Shown: positions 36,495 through 46,160 of the stretch, piece after piece | How positions within the stretch are numbered: position 1 is the stretch's first letter | Layout: each line of letters begins with the position of its first letter | NCBI GenBank assembly: GCA_043821645.1 | Contig: JBDRCO010000053.1 | Span: 1-64,000 of the forward strand | Length of the DNA stretch: 64,000 bases | Origin: Pseudomonadota bacterium | GTDB lineage: Bacteria > Myxococcota > JACRCW01 > JAFGSX01 | Direction: 5' to 3' | Translations under genes and position numbers: made by a program | Notes under the pieces: generated by a model | The model's database searches: none | Told to the model about the DNA's origin: nothing | The model's input: the letters and a program-made list of their open reading frames with translations, nothing else

Positions 36495-37810
36495 TCATGA
36501 CGGGCGCTCGATGGCCTTGACCAGCAGCTCGCTGATGAAGCTGATCTTCATGCCCAGCTTGTAGTGATGAATGATGTCCTCGATGCCGCTGTGGCAGTTG
36601 TGGCAGGGCGTGATGATGAGCTTGGCGCCGGTGTCCGCCATCTGCTCGGCCTTGACCCGGATCGACTTCATGCGCGACAGCTTCCACGGGGGACCGCAGT
36701 TGATGACCCCGCCGCCCGCGGCACAGCAGTAGTTGTGCTCGTAGCGCGGATCCATGTCGCGGAAGTCCTCGCACAGGGCGTTGACGACGTAGCGAAGCTT
36801 CTCGTGCAGGCCGCTGCCGCGGACGATGTTGCAGGGGTCCTGCACCGTCACCGGGGTGGTGATCTTGTTCTTGATCTTGAGCCGGCCCGTCGACAGCAGC
36901 TCGTGGTAGTAGTCGACGGCGTGCACCATGGGGATGGGCGGGTGCTTCCAGCCCAGCCACTTGGGCCCGTCGTACACGGCGCCGCGGTAGGCGTGGCCGC
37001 ACTCGCCCATGACCACGCGCTTGACCCGCAGCGCGGCAGCGCGCTCCCAGTGCGCGCGCTCGACCCGGCCCATGACCTCGAAGTCGCCCGAGTACATGGC
37101 CATGTTGCTGTTGTCCCAGCCGTCGAGGCTGGGCATGGTCCAGTCGGCGTTCGCGGCCTTGAAGATCACCGCCATGTTGCCCAGGAGCTGGGCCAGGATC
37201 TTGGGCTCGGGCGCGATCACCGAGTACATGATGTCGGCGCCGACCCTGTCGAGGGGGATGCGCAGGCCCTCCAGCTCGTCGCGCGCCTCCTCCTCCTGCC
37301 ACAGCAGCGTGTCTATCCACTCGTCGGGCTGCACCCACATCTGGTTGGAGGTCACCGAGTGGCTGTTGGTGGTGTCCTGCAGGTACTGCGGCACGATGCC
37401 CAGCAGGTTGCAGATGCGGCGCACGGTCATGATCTCGTAGGCGATGTCGATGCCGAAGGGGCAGTACATGCTGCAGCGCCGGCAGGCCCCGCACTCGGTG
37501 AAGGCGATGCGCGCGGCGTCGGCCAGGAGGCCTTGCTGACGTCGCCCTTGCGCTGGACCATCTGCCACAGCGTCGCCTGCACCTTGGCCACCGGCGCGTA
37601 GTCCGGGTCCTTGTCGCGCGACAGGTAGGTGTGGCAGGCCTCGGCGCACAGGCCGCAGTGCACGCAGGTCTCCATGTAGACCTGCAAGCGCGCCGCGCTC
37701 TCCTTGTCGAGCACGTGCTGGATCACGTCCTGGATGCGCTGCGGGGTGAGCCTTTCCAGGCCCTTGCGGATTCCCTCGTCGACGACAGCGCGGTCTGCGG
37801 GATCGGACAT
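36495..37810 (-). pseudogene. tmcB: TmcB (HdrD-like CCG subunit) with a 1-nt frameshift near 37528 (real or sequencing error)
   Basis: N-half (LTPQRIQ..ETCVHCGLCAEAC) and C-half (IAFTECGACRRC..NQMWV..YSVIAPEPK..CCAAGGG..PCHNC) are in different frames; adding one base restores K-A-F-L-A-D. Confidence 0.85.
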
Positions 37811-37837
37811 CGGGTTCTCCTCGCGTGGTGTGCGGGC

Positions 37838-38482
37838 CTACCAGTCCCTGGCGTGGCGCACGGCTCCGAACTCGCTGCCCATGTAGGCGCGCGTGAACAC
37901 GAACCACAGCATGTGCGACAGCCAGGTGAGCGGGATGGCCACCAGCCACAGCACGCCACACACCACATGCAGGACGATCATCGCCTCGTAGGGCAGCCAC
38001 TGCTGGTGCGCGAAAAAGCCCGTCAGGTAGGGCGACATCACCAGCAGCACCAGGGCGAACTCGCGCACCCCGGATACCTTGCGCACCTCGGGAGCCACCA
38101 GGCGCCGGGTCAGAAAGAACAGGCAGGCGAAGACCACGGTCAGGGTCAGGCCGTCGACCAGGGCCGCCGGCAGGCTGAACCAGCTCAGGCCCCACCTCTG
38201 CTCCAGCAGCACGCTGTGGCCGCGGGTGAACAGCGGCGTGACGACGAGGCAGCCGTGAAACAGCCACGACACCAGGGTCATCACCGGCCGCTGCTGCATG
38301 GTGCGACCGCCGAAGGGCAGCAGCCAGTGACCGAGCGAGCGCAGGCCGTACTTGAGGCTCAGGGTGGGGAACACCGTCTTCTCGCGCCGGGCCAGCAGCG
38401 CCACCGAGACGAGCTTGTACAGGCCGCCGCCGAACAGGCCGATGAAGCCGAGCCACACCGGGATGCGAAGGTACTCAGGCAT
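37838..38482 (-). CDS. tmcC: TmcC membrane cytochrome b subunit
   Basis: WLLPFG, LFHGCL, LHVVCG, WLSHML..TRAYMGSEFGAVRHARDW C-terminus. Confidence 0.87.
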   Translation of the reverse strand: MPEYLRIPVWLGFIGLFGGGLYKLVSVALLARREKTVFPTLSLKYGLRSLGHWLLPFGGRTMQQRPVMTLVSWLFHGCLVVTPLFTRGHSVLLEQRWGLSWFSLPAALVDGLTLTVVFACLFFLTRRLVAPEVRKVSGVREFALVLLVMSPYLTGFFAHQQWLPYEAMIVLHVVCGVLWLVAIPLTWLSHMLWFVFTRAYMGSEFGAVRHARDW

Positions 38483-38497
38483 GGGTCCTCACCTCTT

Positions 38498-39757
38498 TCA
38501 GCGCACCAGGTCCGCGACCGCGACCACCTCGCGCACGACCTGCGTGCCCTCGACACCGCACAGCGCCAGGGCCGAACCGTCGGCGCTGAACATGGGATCA
38601 AAAAGCTGCGCGAAAGACCGCCGGGCCAGTTTGCCGTCGACGCACAGGGTGTGCGTGCCGCCTTGCTCGACGTGACAGGCCAGGTGCGTGCCGTCGCGGC
38701 TGAACACCGGTTGCCACACCATGTCAAAGCCGGGGCCCCAGGCCTGGCCATCCAGCGCCACGTTCCAGCGCTCCTGGTCGCGCACCACGGCGGCCACCCG
38801 CGCGCCGTCGGGCGAGAACAGCGGCTGCAGCACCAGGTCCGAGAACTCGGTGACCCAGGGCTGGTCGTCGACGGCCACGGTCCAGCGGCCGTAGCCCGTG
38901 GCCACCACCGCCGCCACCCGCTTGCCGTCGGGGCCAGGCGTGGTGTGCCACAGCTGCATGTAGGTGTTCTTCCACAGCGGCTGGCCGTCCTGGGCCAGGC
39001 TCCAGGCACCGCCCGCGCGCACCGGCACCAGCAGGTGCTGGCCGTTGTAGCGGGGCTCCCACACGCAGCCGTAGCGCGCGTCCCAGGTCTTGCCGTCGAT
39101 GGCCAGGGAGTACACGCAGGTGTCGAGCCTGACCTCGGCCGCCACGCTGCTGCCGTCGGGGCTGAACACGGGGGCGTAGGTGTTGATGAAGTGCTGCTCC
39201 CAGGCCTGGCCGTCCACCGCCACGCCCCAGGTGCCCTCGGCAAAGGTCCAGATGTCGGCCTCGCCGAGCTTGCTCACCTGCACCGTGGCGGCTGCGTGGG
39301 CGCCGTCGGCGCTCAGGGCGAAGTCGCGCAGGGACAGAAAGCCTTTGTCCCAGGCCTTGCCGTCGATGGCCACGCCGTACTCGCCGTCGCGCTTGATCTG
39401 CACGCCGATGTGCTGGCCGTCGCCGCTCAGCTTGGGGTTCCACGCGAACTCGAAGCGCTCGTCCCAGGGCGCACCGTCGACGGCCACGGTCCACTCGTCG
39501 TCGATGCGCACCAGGGCCATGAGGCGGCCGTCGGGCAGGTAGCGCAGGCTCAGCACCTTCTCGAAGCTGTCGGCCCAGGCGCCCTGGCTGGTCCACACAC
39601 TCAGGGTTCCGTCGGCGTTCTCCACCGGCGCCGCCACGCAGCTGCCGTCGGGGCTGGCCACCAGCTCGTGCATCACGGGGTGTTCACCGACCAGCGCGCT
39701 CAGGTCGGCCAGCGTGGTTCGGCCCATGTTCCATGGGGTGCTTGGCGCGGATGTCAT
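38498..39757 (-). CDS. tmcD: TmcD Trp-rich beta-propeller-like subunit
   Basis: Repeated FSPDG..AA..W.VAVDG..W units; upstream of tmcC and tmcB. Confidence 0.85.
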   Translation of the reverse strand: MTSAPSTPWNMGRTTLADLSALVGEHPVMHELVASPDGSCVAAPVENADGTLSVWTSQGAWADSFEKVLSLRYLPDGRLMALVRIDDEWTVAVDGAPWDERFEFAWNPKLSGDGQHIGVQIKRDGEYGVAIDGKAWDKGFLSLRDFALSADGAHAAATVQVSKLGEADIWTFAEGTWGVAVDGQAWEQHFINTYAPVFSPDGSSVAAEVRLDTCVYSLAIDGKTWDARYGCVWEPRYNGQHLLVPVRAGGAWSLAQDGQPLWKNTYMQLWHTTPGPDGKRVAAVVATGYGRWTVAVDDQPWVTEFSDLVLQPLFSPDGARVAAVVRDQERWNVALDGQAWGPGFDMVWQPVFSRDGTHLACHVEQGGTHTLCVDGKLARRSFAQLFDPMFSADGSALALCGVEGTQVVREVVAVADLVR

Positions 39758-39840
39758 GCGCTCTCCGTCGAGAAAACCGGGGTTCATGTCTCATGCGTGC
39801 CCATGCACGCCACGCATCCGGTTTCTCCGCGAACGCGCAG

Positions 39841-39856
39841 TGCAAGGGTGCGGCCA
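39841..39856 (-). promoter_or_regulatory. Sigma54 (-24/-12) promoter of the tmcDCB-hmcABCD operon
   Basis: Minus strand TGGCCGCACCCTTGCA = GG-N10-GC. Confidence 0.75.
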
Positions 39857-39910
39857 CCTTGATCTGCGGCATGGCATCGCATGATGGTGGGCGAGGCGCC
39901 TGCTCTTCGA

Positions 39911-39956
39911 GTTGCAGAAGCGCGACGCTGCACGTTGCATGTTGCGGCAACGCAAC
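39911..39956. promoter_or_regulatory. Paired bEBP enhancer palindromes
   Basis: GTTGCA-N4-CGCGAC (39911-39926) and GTTGCG-N4-CGCAAC (39941-39956). Confidence 0.6.
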
Positions 39957-39989
39957 GCGCGACAGCGTTCGATTTTCGAAAAGCCGCGT

Positions 39990-41219
39990 TCAGCTCTCGA
40001 TGCCCAGCCGCCGCATGGCGCGCCACAGGGTGCTGCGGTGCACGCCGAGCTGCTGGGCCGCGCGTCTCACGTTGCCGCCCGCCTCGGCCAGCACCCGCTG
40101 CACCTCGCCGGCGTCGAGCACACCGCTGCGCGGGGGCTGCTGCGACGGCAGGTGCAGGTCCTCGACCGCGATCAGGGGGCCGGGGCTGCGGGTGTGGGCC
40201 GCCTCCAGGATCTGCCGCAGCTGGCGCACGTTACCCACCAGCGCCTCGGCGCCGAGCCGCTGCATGGCCGCGGGGCTGATCCCGCGCACCGGCCCACCGT
40301 GGCGCTGCTGCAGATCCTCGATGAACTCCTGGACCAGCAGCGGCAGGTCATCGCGGCGCTGCGCCAGCGACGGCAGGCGCACCTGCAGCACGGCCAGGCG
40401 GTGGTACAGATCGCGGCGGAACTCTCCGCGCTGCAGGCGCTCGCGCAGCAGACCGGTGGCGGTGGACAGCAGGCGCGGGGTGTCGCGGTCGCTGCGCTCC
40501 TCGAGCCAGCCCAGCAGGCGCTGCTGCGTCTCGAGGCTGGCCGCACCCAGGTCCTCGAGCAGCACGCTGCCCAGGACGTTGCCCTCGCTGGCGATGGCCG
40601 TCGACACCTGCTGCAGCTGCGCCAGGGCGCGCGCGCCCGAGCACAGCACGCGGCGCAGCGGCGCGCCGGCGCGCTCGGGGTCCAGCCCGTGGACGATCTC
40701 CACCAGGGCCGCGCGACCCGAGCCGCGCTCGCCCTCGACCAGCAGCGGCGCGGGGCTGGCGGCCAGGCGCGGCAGCTCGTCGAACAGCCGGCGCATCGCC
40801 GGGGTGCGGCTGACGAACAGGCGGCGGCCGTAGCAGCGCAGCTCGCCGGTGTCGGCGCGGGCGTCGCGCAGCAGCGCCACGGCACCGCAGGCCTCGCCCG
40901 CGGCGTCGAGCAGCACGCTGGCGGTGAGCTCGACCAGGGCGGTGGTCTGCTCGGCGACGCGCACCACCGCCGTGCCCTGGCGCGCCGTGGTGCGGGTGGC
41001 CATGGCCGCGCGCAGCGGACAGCCCTCGCCGCACAGGCTGGTGTCCATCACCTGGTGGCAGACGCGGCCCAGCACCTGCGCGGCGGGAAGCCCCAGCAGG
41101 GCCTCGGCCTGGGGGTTGAAGCGCTGGATGCGCCCCTCGCGGTCGACGGCGAGCAGGGCCACGCCCAGGGCATCGAGGATGCGTCCGTCGTCGTCCAGGG
41201 TCGCTGCTGTAACCTTCAT
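39990..41219 (-). CDS. Degenerate PAS-AAA+-Fis sigma54 activator homolog (no GAFTGA loop)
   Basis: PAS CHQVMDTSLCGEGC; Walker A GERGSGR; FRRDLYHRL; GNVRQL; HTH; ESELFG/GAFTGA segment absent. Start uncertain. Confidence 0.75.
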   Translation of the reverse strand: MKVTAATLDDDGRILDALGVALLAVDREGRIQRFNPQAEALLGLPAAQVLGRVCHQVMDTSLCGEGCPLRAAMATRTTARQGTAVVRVAEQTTALVELTASVLLDAAGEACGAVALLRDARADTGELRCYGRRLFVSRTPAMRRLFDELPRLAASPAPLLVEGERGSGRAALVEIVHGLDPERAGAPLRRVLCSGARALAQLQQVSTAIASEGNVLGSVLLEDLGAASLETQQRLLGWLEERSDRDTPRLLSTATGLLRERLQRGEFRRDLYHRLAVLQVRLPSLAQRRDDLPLLVQEFIEDLQQRHGGPVRGISPAAMQRLGAEALVGNVRQLRQILEAAHTRSPGPLIAVEDLHLPSQQPPRSGVLDAGEVQRVLAEAGGNVRRAAQQLGVHRSTLWRAMRRLGIES

Positions 41220-41382
41220 GTGCTGCACGTTGCCCGACGGGCGCCGCTTGCGGGCGGCGCCGAGCGCGCACTTGTTCACGATGCGTGCCACGCCAGGCGC
41301 GACGCAGGTGCTCACATGGAGTTGTGTGGATCCGTCCCGCTGTGGGCGGGCCCGGGTCGTCCGCGCGCGGCGGCGGCCTGGC

Positions 41383-42759
41383 TCAGGCCAGGCCCAGCTT
41401 GCGCATCTTGCGCCACAGGGTGGTGCGGTGCAGGCCCAGCTCCTGGGCCACCTGGGCGCGGTTGCCGCCCGAGCGCGCCAGGGCCGCGCGGATCGCGTTG
41501 GCCTCGACCTGATCCAGCGGTCCCATGTCCCGCGGCGGGGCGCTGGCCTCGCCGGCGGGCTGTCGGTCGCGGATGGAGGCGGGCAGATGGCGCGGCTCGA
41601 TGGTCTGCCCCTGGCTCAGCACCAGGGCGTGCTCGAGGGCGTTCTCCAGCTCGCGCACGTTGCCGGGGTAGTCGTGCTCGAGCAGGCGGGCCAGGGCCTC
41701 GTCAGAGACCTGGGCGGAGGCTCGACCCATGCGCTCGACCTGTCGCTTCAGGACATGATCGATGAGTCCCGGGATGTCGTCGCGGCGCTCGCACAGGGCA
41801 GGCAGCTGCACGCTGACGATGTTGAGGCGGTAGTACAGGTCCTCGCGGAACAGACCCTCGCGCATGCGCTGCACCAGGTCGCGGTTGGTGGCGGCAATGA
41901 TGCGCACATCGGCACGCTTGGTTTCGGAGGAGCCCAGGGCCTCGTACTCGCGCTCCTGCACCACGCGCAGCAGCTTGACCTGCACCGAGGGAGGCACGTC
42001 GCCAATCTCGTCCAGGAACAGCGTCCCGCCCTCGGCCACGGCGATGCGGCCTGGCTTGTTCTGGCGCGCGTCGGTGAAGGCGCCGCGCACGTAGCCAAAC
42101 AGCTCGCTCTCGAGCAGGGTCTCGGGCAGGGCCGCACAGTTGACCTTGACGAAGGGCTTGTCGTGGCGCGCGCTGAGTTCGTGCAGGGTGCGTGCGACCA
42201 GGCCCTTGCCGGTCCCGCTGGGGCCGAGCACCAGCACCGTGGCCTCGCTCTGGGCCACCACTGGCAGCAGGTCCAGCACCTCGCGCATGCGCGGATTGCG
42301 GCCCACGATGACGTCGAGGGCGTCGCGTTGATCCAGCTGCCGCTTCAGCTCGTGCAGGTCGGACAGGTCGCGGAAGGTCTCGACGCCCCCCACGCGCTGG
42401 CCCTGGCGATCGAACAGCACCGCGGTGCTGATGCTGATGGGCACGCTGCGGCCGCGGGCGTCGTGGATCTCCACCGGAACGTCGATCAGACGCTGCCCGC
42501 TGCGCACGGTGCGGGCCAGGGCGCAGTCGCTGTGGCAGATGCTGGCCCGGAACACGTCGCGGCAGGGCCGACCCAGGGCCTCGTCGCGCGAGATGCCGGT
42601 GATCTCCTCGGCGGCGCGATTGAAGCTGGTGATGCGCCAGTCCGCGTCGACGGTGAACACGCCGTCGGCGATGCAGTCGAGAATGGGGTGTCCCTCGGCC
42701 GGAACGAACACGCCCCCTGCCGCGGGTGGGTTCTGCTCCAGGATACGGGGGTCGGCCAT
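41383..42759 (-). CDS. PAS-containing sigma54-dependent activator (OrpR-like)
   Basis: PAS CRDVFRASICHSDC; GPSGTGK, ESELFG..GAFTDA, LFLDEIGD, YPGNVREL, Fis HTH. Confidence 0.9.
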   Translation of the reverse strand: MADPRILEQNPPAAGGVFVPAEGHPILDCIADGVFTVDADWRITSFNRAAEEITGISRDEALGRPCRDVFRASICHSDCALARTVRSGQRLIDVPVEIHDARGRSVPISISTAVLFDRQGQRVGGVETFRDLSDLHELKRQLDQRDALDVIVGRNPRMREVLDLLPVVAQSEATVLVLGPSGTGKGLVARTLHELSARHDKPFVKVNCAALPETLLESELFGYVRGAFTDARQNKPGRIAVAEGGTLFLDEIGDVPPSVQVKLLRVVQEREYEALGSSETKRADVRIIAATNRDLVQRMREGLFREDLYYRLNIVSVQLPALCERRDDIPGLIDHVLKRQVERMGRASAQVSDEALARLLEHDYPGNVRELENALEHALVLSQGQTIEPRHLPASIRDRQPAGEASAPPRDMGPLDQVEANAIRAALARSGGNRAQVAQELGLHRTTLWRKMRKLGLA

Positions 42760-42819
42760 GAGATCCCGCCAGTCCCCCCGCCAGGTACCCCCCATCATTC
42801 CCTCAGCATAACGCAACGC

Positions 42820-42906
42820 GCTGCAAAAATGCAACGCGCGCAACCAGAAATAAATCCTCATGCAAAGACAAGGAGTTAGGCATGCAACGCGATGCAATCG
42901 TGCAAC
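42820..42906. promoter_or_regulatory. bEBP-type palindromes upstream of the activator (possible autoregulation)
   Basis: GCTGCA-N4-TGCAAC (42820-42835) and GATGCA-N4-TGCAAC (42891-42906), among further GCAAC half-sites. Confidence 0.6.
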
Positions 42907-42976
42907 GTGCTGCAATCACTGGGTGTTTGACGCATTGCGGCGACCGCTGCCAGCTCGCCAGGCCATGGTCTACCGT

Positions 42977-43591
42977 TCAGGGCGGATCCGGCCTGGTCAG
43001 CACCAGCAGCTCGTGCAGCTGGCCGGTTCTTCGCAGCGTTTCTTCGAATCCGGCACGCACCATCTGTCGCAGCGCAGCCTCCACCGTCGCCGTCGACCTC
43101 GGATGCACGCGACCCTCGGCGCCATGCACGCGGGACACCAGCTCGAAGCCGTGCTCGTCAAAGTCCGCGATGACGACGATGCCACCGGGTCCGACCAGCC
43201 GCCCCATCTCTCCGAGCACGGGCCCGGGATCGGTCAGGTGGTGCAGCACGTCCATCATGGCGACGCAGCCGAAGTGGCCGTCAGGGTAGGGCAGATGGGC
43301 GGCGTCGGCCTGGACAAAGGAGATGCGCCGCTCAAGCCCCGCCTCCTCGGCCAGCAGCCTGGCCAGCGCCTGCTCTTCGCTGTCGATGTCGACCGAGACC
43401 ACGTGCCCAGCCCTCCGCGCCAGCGCCATGGCGAGCAGGCCCTTGCCCGTGCCCACGTCGAGCGCAGGCCCGCTCAGCGCGCCGGCTCCCTCGACCACGA
43501 AGTGCGCCGCCGCCACCCTGTCGTGGCCGAGCGCACGGTACTCGGCACAACGCGCGTGAAAGGCACCCACCCGCGGATCGACCTCGCTCAT
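42977..43591 (-). CDS. Class I SAM-dependent methyltransferase
   Basis: ALDVGTGKG, VDID, ADAAHLPY, LHHL..P, PGG. Confidence 0.85.
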   Translation of the reverse strand: MSEVDPRVGAFHARCAEYRALGHDRVAAAHFVVEGAGALSGPALDVGTGKGLLAMALARRAGHVVSVDIDSEEQALARLLAEEAGLERRISFVQADAAHLPYPDGHFGCVAMMDVLHHLTDPGPVLGEMGRLVGPGGIVVIADFDEHGFELVSRVHGAEGRVHPRSTATVEAALRQMVRAGFEETLRRTGQLHELLVLTRPDPP

Positions 43592-43821
43592 GCGCCGCAC
43601 GGCGGCTTGTCGCAGCGGGTCTCCCGGCCGCAACAAGGGGTCTCGCGATCGCAGTGGGGCGACGGACCGCTGTGGCCCTTCATGATGAAGCTGGTGCCAC
43701 CGGCGATCAGGCGCTGCACCTGGCCCCCGCACTGCGGGCACCGCTCTAGCGCCGGCGCCAAAATGGACTGCTGCTGCTCGAACTCGCCACAGCTGGCGCA
43801 CTGGTACACGTAGGTCGGCAT
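43588..43821 (-). CDS. FmdB-family zinc-ribbon protein
   Basis: MPTYVYQCASCG..CPQCGG..RLI; Cys-rich tail. Confidence 0.85.
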   Translation of the reverse strand: MPTYVYQCASCGEFEQQQSILAPALERCPQCGGQVQRLIAGGTSFIMKGHSGPSPHCDRETPCCGRETRCDKPPCGA

Positions 43822-43830
43822 GCGGATCTC

Positions 43831-44745
43831 CTAGCTGTCGCTGGCGGCGGCTGCGGTCCCGGCGTGCACGTCGAGCAGACCGGCCACGATGCGCTCGAAA
43901 GCCATGGCGGTCGCGGACTCCGGCCTCGACTGCACCATGGGCATGCCGCTGTCGCCGGACAGCACGACCTCGGGCTCGATGGGGATGGCGCCCAGAAAGG
44001 GCACACCCATCTCGTCGGCCATGGTGCGCCCGCCGTCGCCTCCGAAGATGGGGACGTGCTCGCCGCACCTGGGGCAGGTGAAGCCGCTCATGTTCTCGAC
44101 CACGCCGAGCACGGGCAGCTGCACCTGGCGGCAGAACACGATGCAGCGGCGCACGTCGGCCACCGCCACATCCTGCGGCGTGGTCACCACCACCGCGCCG
44201 TCGGCGTTTTCGATCAGCTCGGCCACTGCCATGGGCTCGTCTCCGGTCCCCGGCGGCGAATCCACCACCAGGTAGTCGAGCGCGCCCCACTCGACGTCGG
44301 TGAGAAACTGCTTGATGACCCCGTACTTGCGCGGGCCGCGCCACATCACCGCGTCATCCCGCTTGGGCAGCAAAAAGCCGATGGACATCACGCTGAGCAG
44401 GCCCTTGCCCTGGCGGATCCGGATCGGATCCAGGGAGTGGTCGCCGGCACTCAGGGGCGTGCCCTCGAGGTGCAGCAGCTTGGGCACGCTGGGCCCGTGG
44501 ATGTCCACGTCCAGCAGGCCCACGCGCTTGCCCCGCAGGGCCAGGGCGGTGGCCAGGTTGACCGCGACCGTGCTCTTGCCGACGCCACCCTTGCCCGAGA
44601 GCACCAGGATCTTGTGCTGAATCTGGCACATCCTGGCCTGCAAGGTCTGGCGATCCAAAAAATCCCTGTCGTGCTCTCCCGGACGTCTCTGCTGTGCCGA
44701 GCACTGGGCATCGTCGCAGCTGCTGCAGGTCTTGCCGGCTGTCAT
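43831..44745 (-). CDS. Mrp/NBP35 Fe-S carrier ATPase
   Basis: SGKGGVGKST, DVDIHGPS, DSPPGTGD, VENMSGFTCPRC. Confidence 0.92.
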   Translation of the reverse strand: MTAGKTCSSCDDAQCSAQQRRPGEHDRDFLDRQTLQARMCQIQHKILVLSGKGGVGKSTVAVNLATALALRGKRVGLLDVDIHGPSVPKLLHLEGTPLSAGDHSLDPIRIRQGKGLLSVMSIGFLLPKRDDAVMWRGPRKYGVIKQFLTDVEWGALDYLVVDSPPGTGDEPMAVAELIENADGAVVVTTPQDVAVADVRRCIVFCRQVQLPVLGVVENMSGFTCPRCGEHVPIFGGDGGRTMADEMGVPFLGAIPIEPEVVLSGDSGMPMVQSRPESATAMAFERIVAGLLDVHAGTAAAASDS

Positions 44746-44797
44746 GTTGTCATCCTCAGGGGCCCCCGTGGTCGAGTAATGAGCACGCGATCTTGTT

Positions 44798-45151
44798 TCA
44801 ATAGTTGTGAGTGCCCAGCACCACCCGCGCACCGAACTTGTTCTCCAAGGTGACCTTGAGCGCGTCAAAATCGATGGGGCACTGGGCTGTCTCCATGGCC
44901 AGCTTGACGCAGGTCCCCAGGTGAATCACGTCGATGGGGCGGCCGAGGTTCTTGGTGACCTCGCTGAGCAGCTTGACCCGCGGCACGGTCAGCCCGGGGC
45001 AGTCGCCGCAGTCCGTCATGGCGACCAGCTCGATGCTGTCGTGCTGCGCGTACTCGCCGTTCTTCTCGGCCATGGCCTTGTAGCACTTCGCGCAGGCGAT
45101 GCAGGAGTAGTCCTTGATGCGCTTGCAGTAGAGCACGGCGATCTTGGCCAT
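44798..45151 (-). CDS. CGGC-domain protein
   Basis: C..CIACAKC, CGDCPG, IHLGTC, CP, GTH. Confidence 0.8.
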   Translation of the reverse strand: MAKIAVLYCKRIKDYSCIACAKCYKAMAEKNGEYAQHDSIELVAMTDCGDCPGLTVPRVKLLSEVTKNLGRPIDVIHLGTCVKLAMETAQCPIDFDALKVTLENKFGARVVLGTHNY

Positions 45152-45200
45152 CGTGTTCAACCTTTCTGGCCCCGGCTGCGGGGCGGAGATGCGTCGTCGT

Positions 45201-45551
45201 TCAGCGCGGGCTGTCCGGCTGCGGCGCTGCGTCCTGCTGCAGTCTGTCCTCGATGCTGGCGAGCTGCTGGCGCAGCAACTCGGCCTGGCGTTGCAGCAAC
45301 TCGCGTTCGTCCTCGCCGGTCTGCGCGTCCAGTCTGCCCGGCCCTGTATTGGCGTCGAGGCCGTGGCGCCAGCGATGTCTGCTTCCGGCTCCAGCGCCGC
45401 CCTGCCAGCCCCGTTTGCGACCGCGCCCGCGGCCGACGCCCGGCCCCCCGCAGGGGGCATCCGCGAGCGCCGCGGTGTCCCTGCACCAGCCCTGGCGTCG
45501 TCCCGTCATCGGTCCCTGCCCCTGTGGTCCTGTGCGATTTCCTCCTGGCAT
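45201..45551 (-). CDS. DUF5320-like protein
   Basis: MPGGNRTGPQGQGPMTGR..G.C; Gly/Arg-rich; C-terminal coiled coil. Confidence 0.8.
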   Translation of the reverse strand: MPGGNRTGPQGQGPMTGRRQGWCRDTAALADAPCGGPGVGRGRGRKRGWQGGAGAGSRHRWRHGLDANTGPGRLDAQTGEDERELLQRQAELLRQQLASIEDRLQQDAAPQPDSPR

Positions 45552-45591
45552 CGGCGTCTCCTTGGGTTCGGCCTGCGAACCTGTGCTGTGA

Positions 45592-46008
45592 TCACTCACT
45601 CTTTGCGCGCCGCCCTTGTCCCTGCCCCTGCTGGCGCCCCTGGCCTCGCCCACCCCGGAACCTGCGCTGGTGGCCCTGGCAGCCCGGCATGGCGAAGTCC
45701 GGGCCGGGCAGTTCACCGGCGATGAAGGCCCGCACCACCTCGTCTATCTCACCGGCCACGAAGCCGAGCACCTGCACCCCGCGACCGCTCAGCGCCCCGT
45801 GCAGAGGCTCGGAGATGGCACCGCAGATCAAGGTCTCGGCGCCCAGGTCCACCAGCTGCTCGATCTTGAACAGGGCGTTGGACTGGGCCACGGCCAGGGT
45901 CGTCCGCGCGACGATCTGTCCGCTCTCGATGTCGAGCAGCAGCAGCTCCCGGCACACATCGAAGACCGGCGAGATGCGGCCATCCCAGACCGTCAGGACG
46001 AGCTTCAT
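45592..46008 (-). CDS. NifB/NifX (MTH1175)-family protein
   Basis: RISPVFD, LICGAIS, FAMPGC, Gly/Arg tail. Confidence 0.85.
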   Translation of the reverse strand: MKLVLTVWDGRISPVFDVCRELLLLDIESGQIVARTTLAVAQSNALFKIEQLVDLGAETLICGAISEPLHGALSGRGVQVLGFVAGEIDEVVRAFIAGELPGPDFAMPGCQGHQRRFRGGRGQGRQQGQGQGRRAKSE

Positions 46009-46040
46009 GGGTCGGCGTCCTCCTTGCGGGGAAGGAGCAG

Positions 46041-46056
46041 AGCAGCAAGCGGGCCA
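46041..46056 (-). promoter_or_regulatory. Sigma54 promoter of the NifX-DUF5320-CGGC-Mrp operon
   Basis: Minus strand TGGCCCGCTTGCTGCT = GG-N10-GC; AT tract (IHF-like) at ~46075-46110; palindromes at 46145-46160 and 46177-46192. Confidence 0.7.
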
Positions 46057-46160
46057 GCGTGCAGTGAAGGCCGAGAATATAAAAAAATACCTTTTATTTT
46101 AATAGGTTACCGGTCTTGCTTTGGAGCTCGGCGCGAATCCTACAGTCGCGACTTGGCGAC

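Noticed and set aside
37515-37540. Programmed ribosomal frameshift in tmcB
   Set aside because: No slippery sequence is visible. A simple 1-nt deletion or sequencing error explains it.
34699-38456. ORF-track 931-aa and 653-aa proteins as single long genes
   Set aside because: Their N-terminal extensions are out-of-frame read-through of tmcB/tmcC. The real genes are hmcA and frameshifted tmcB.
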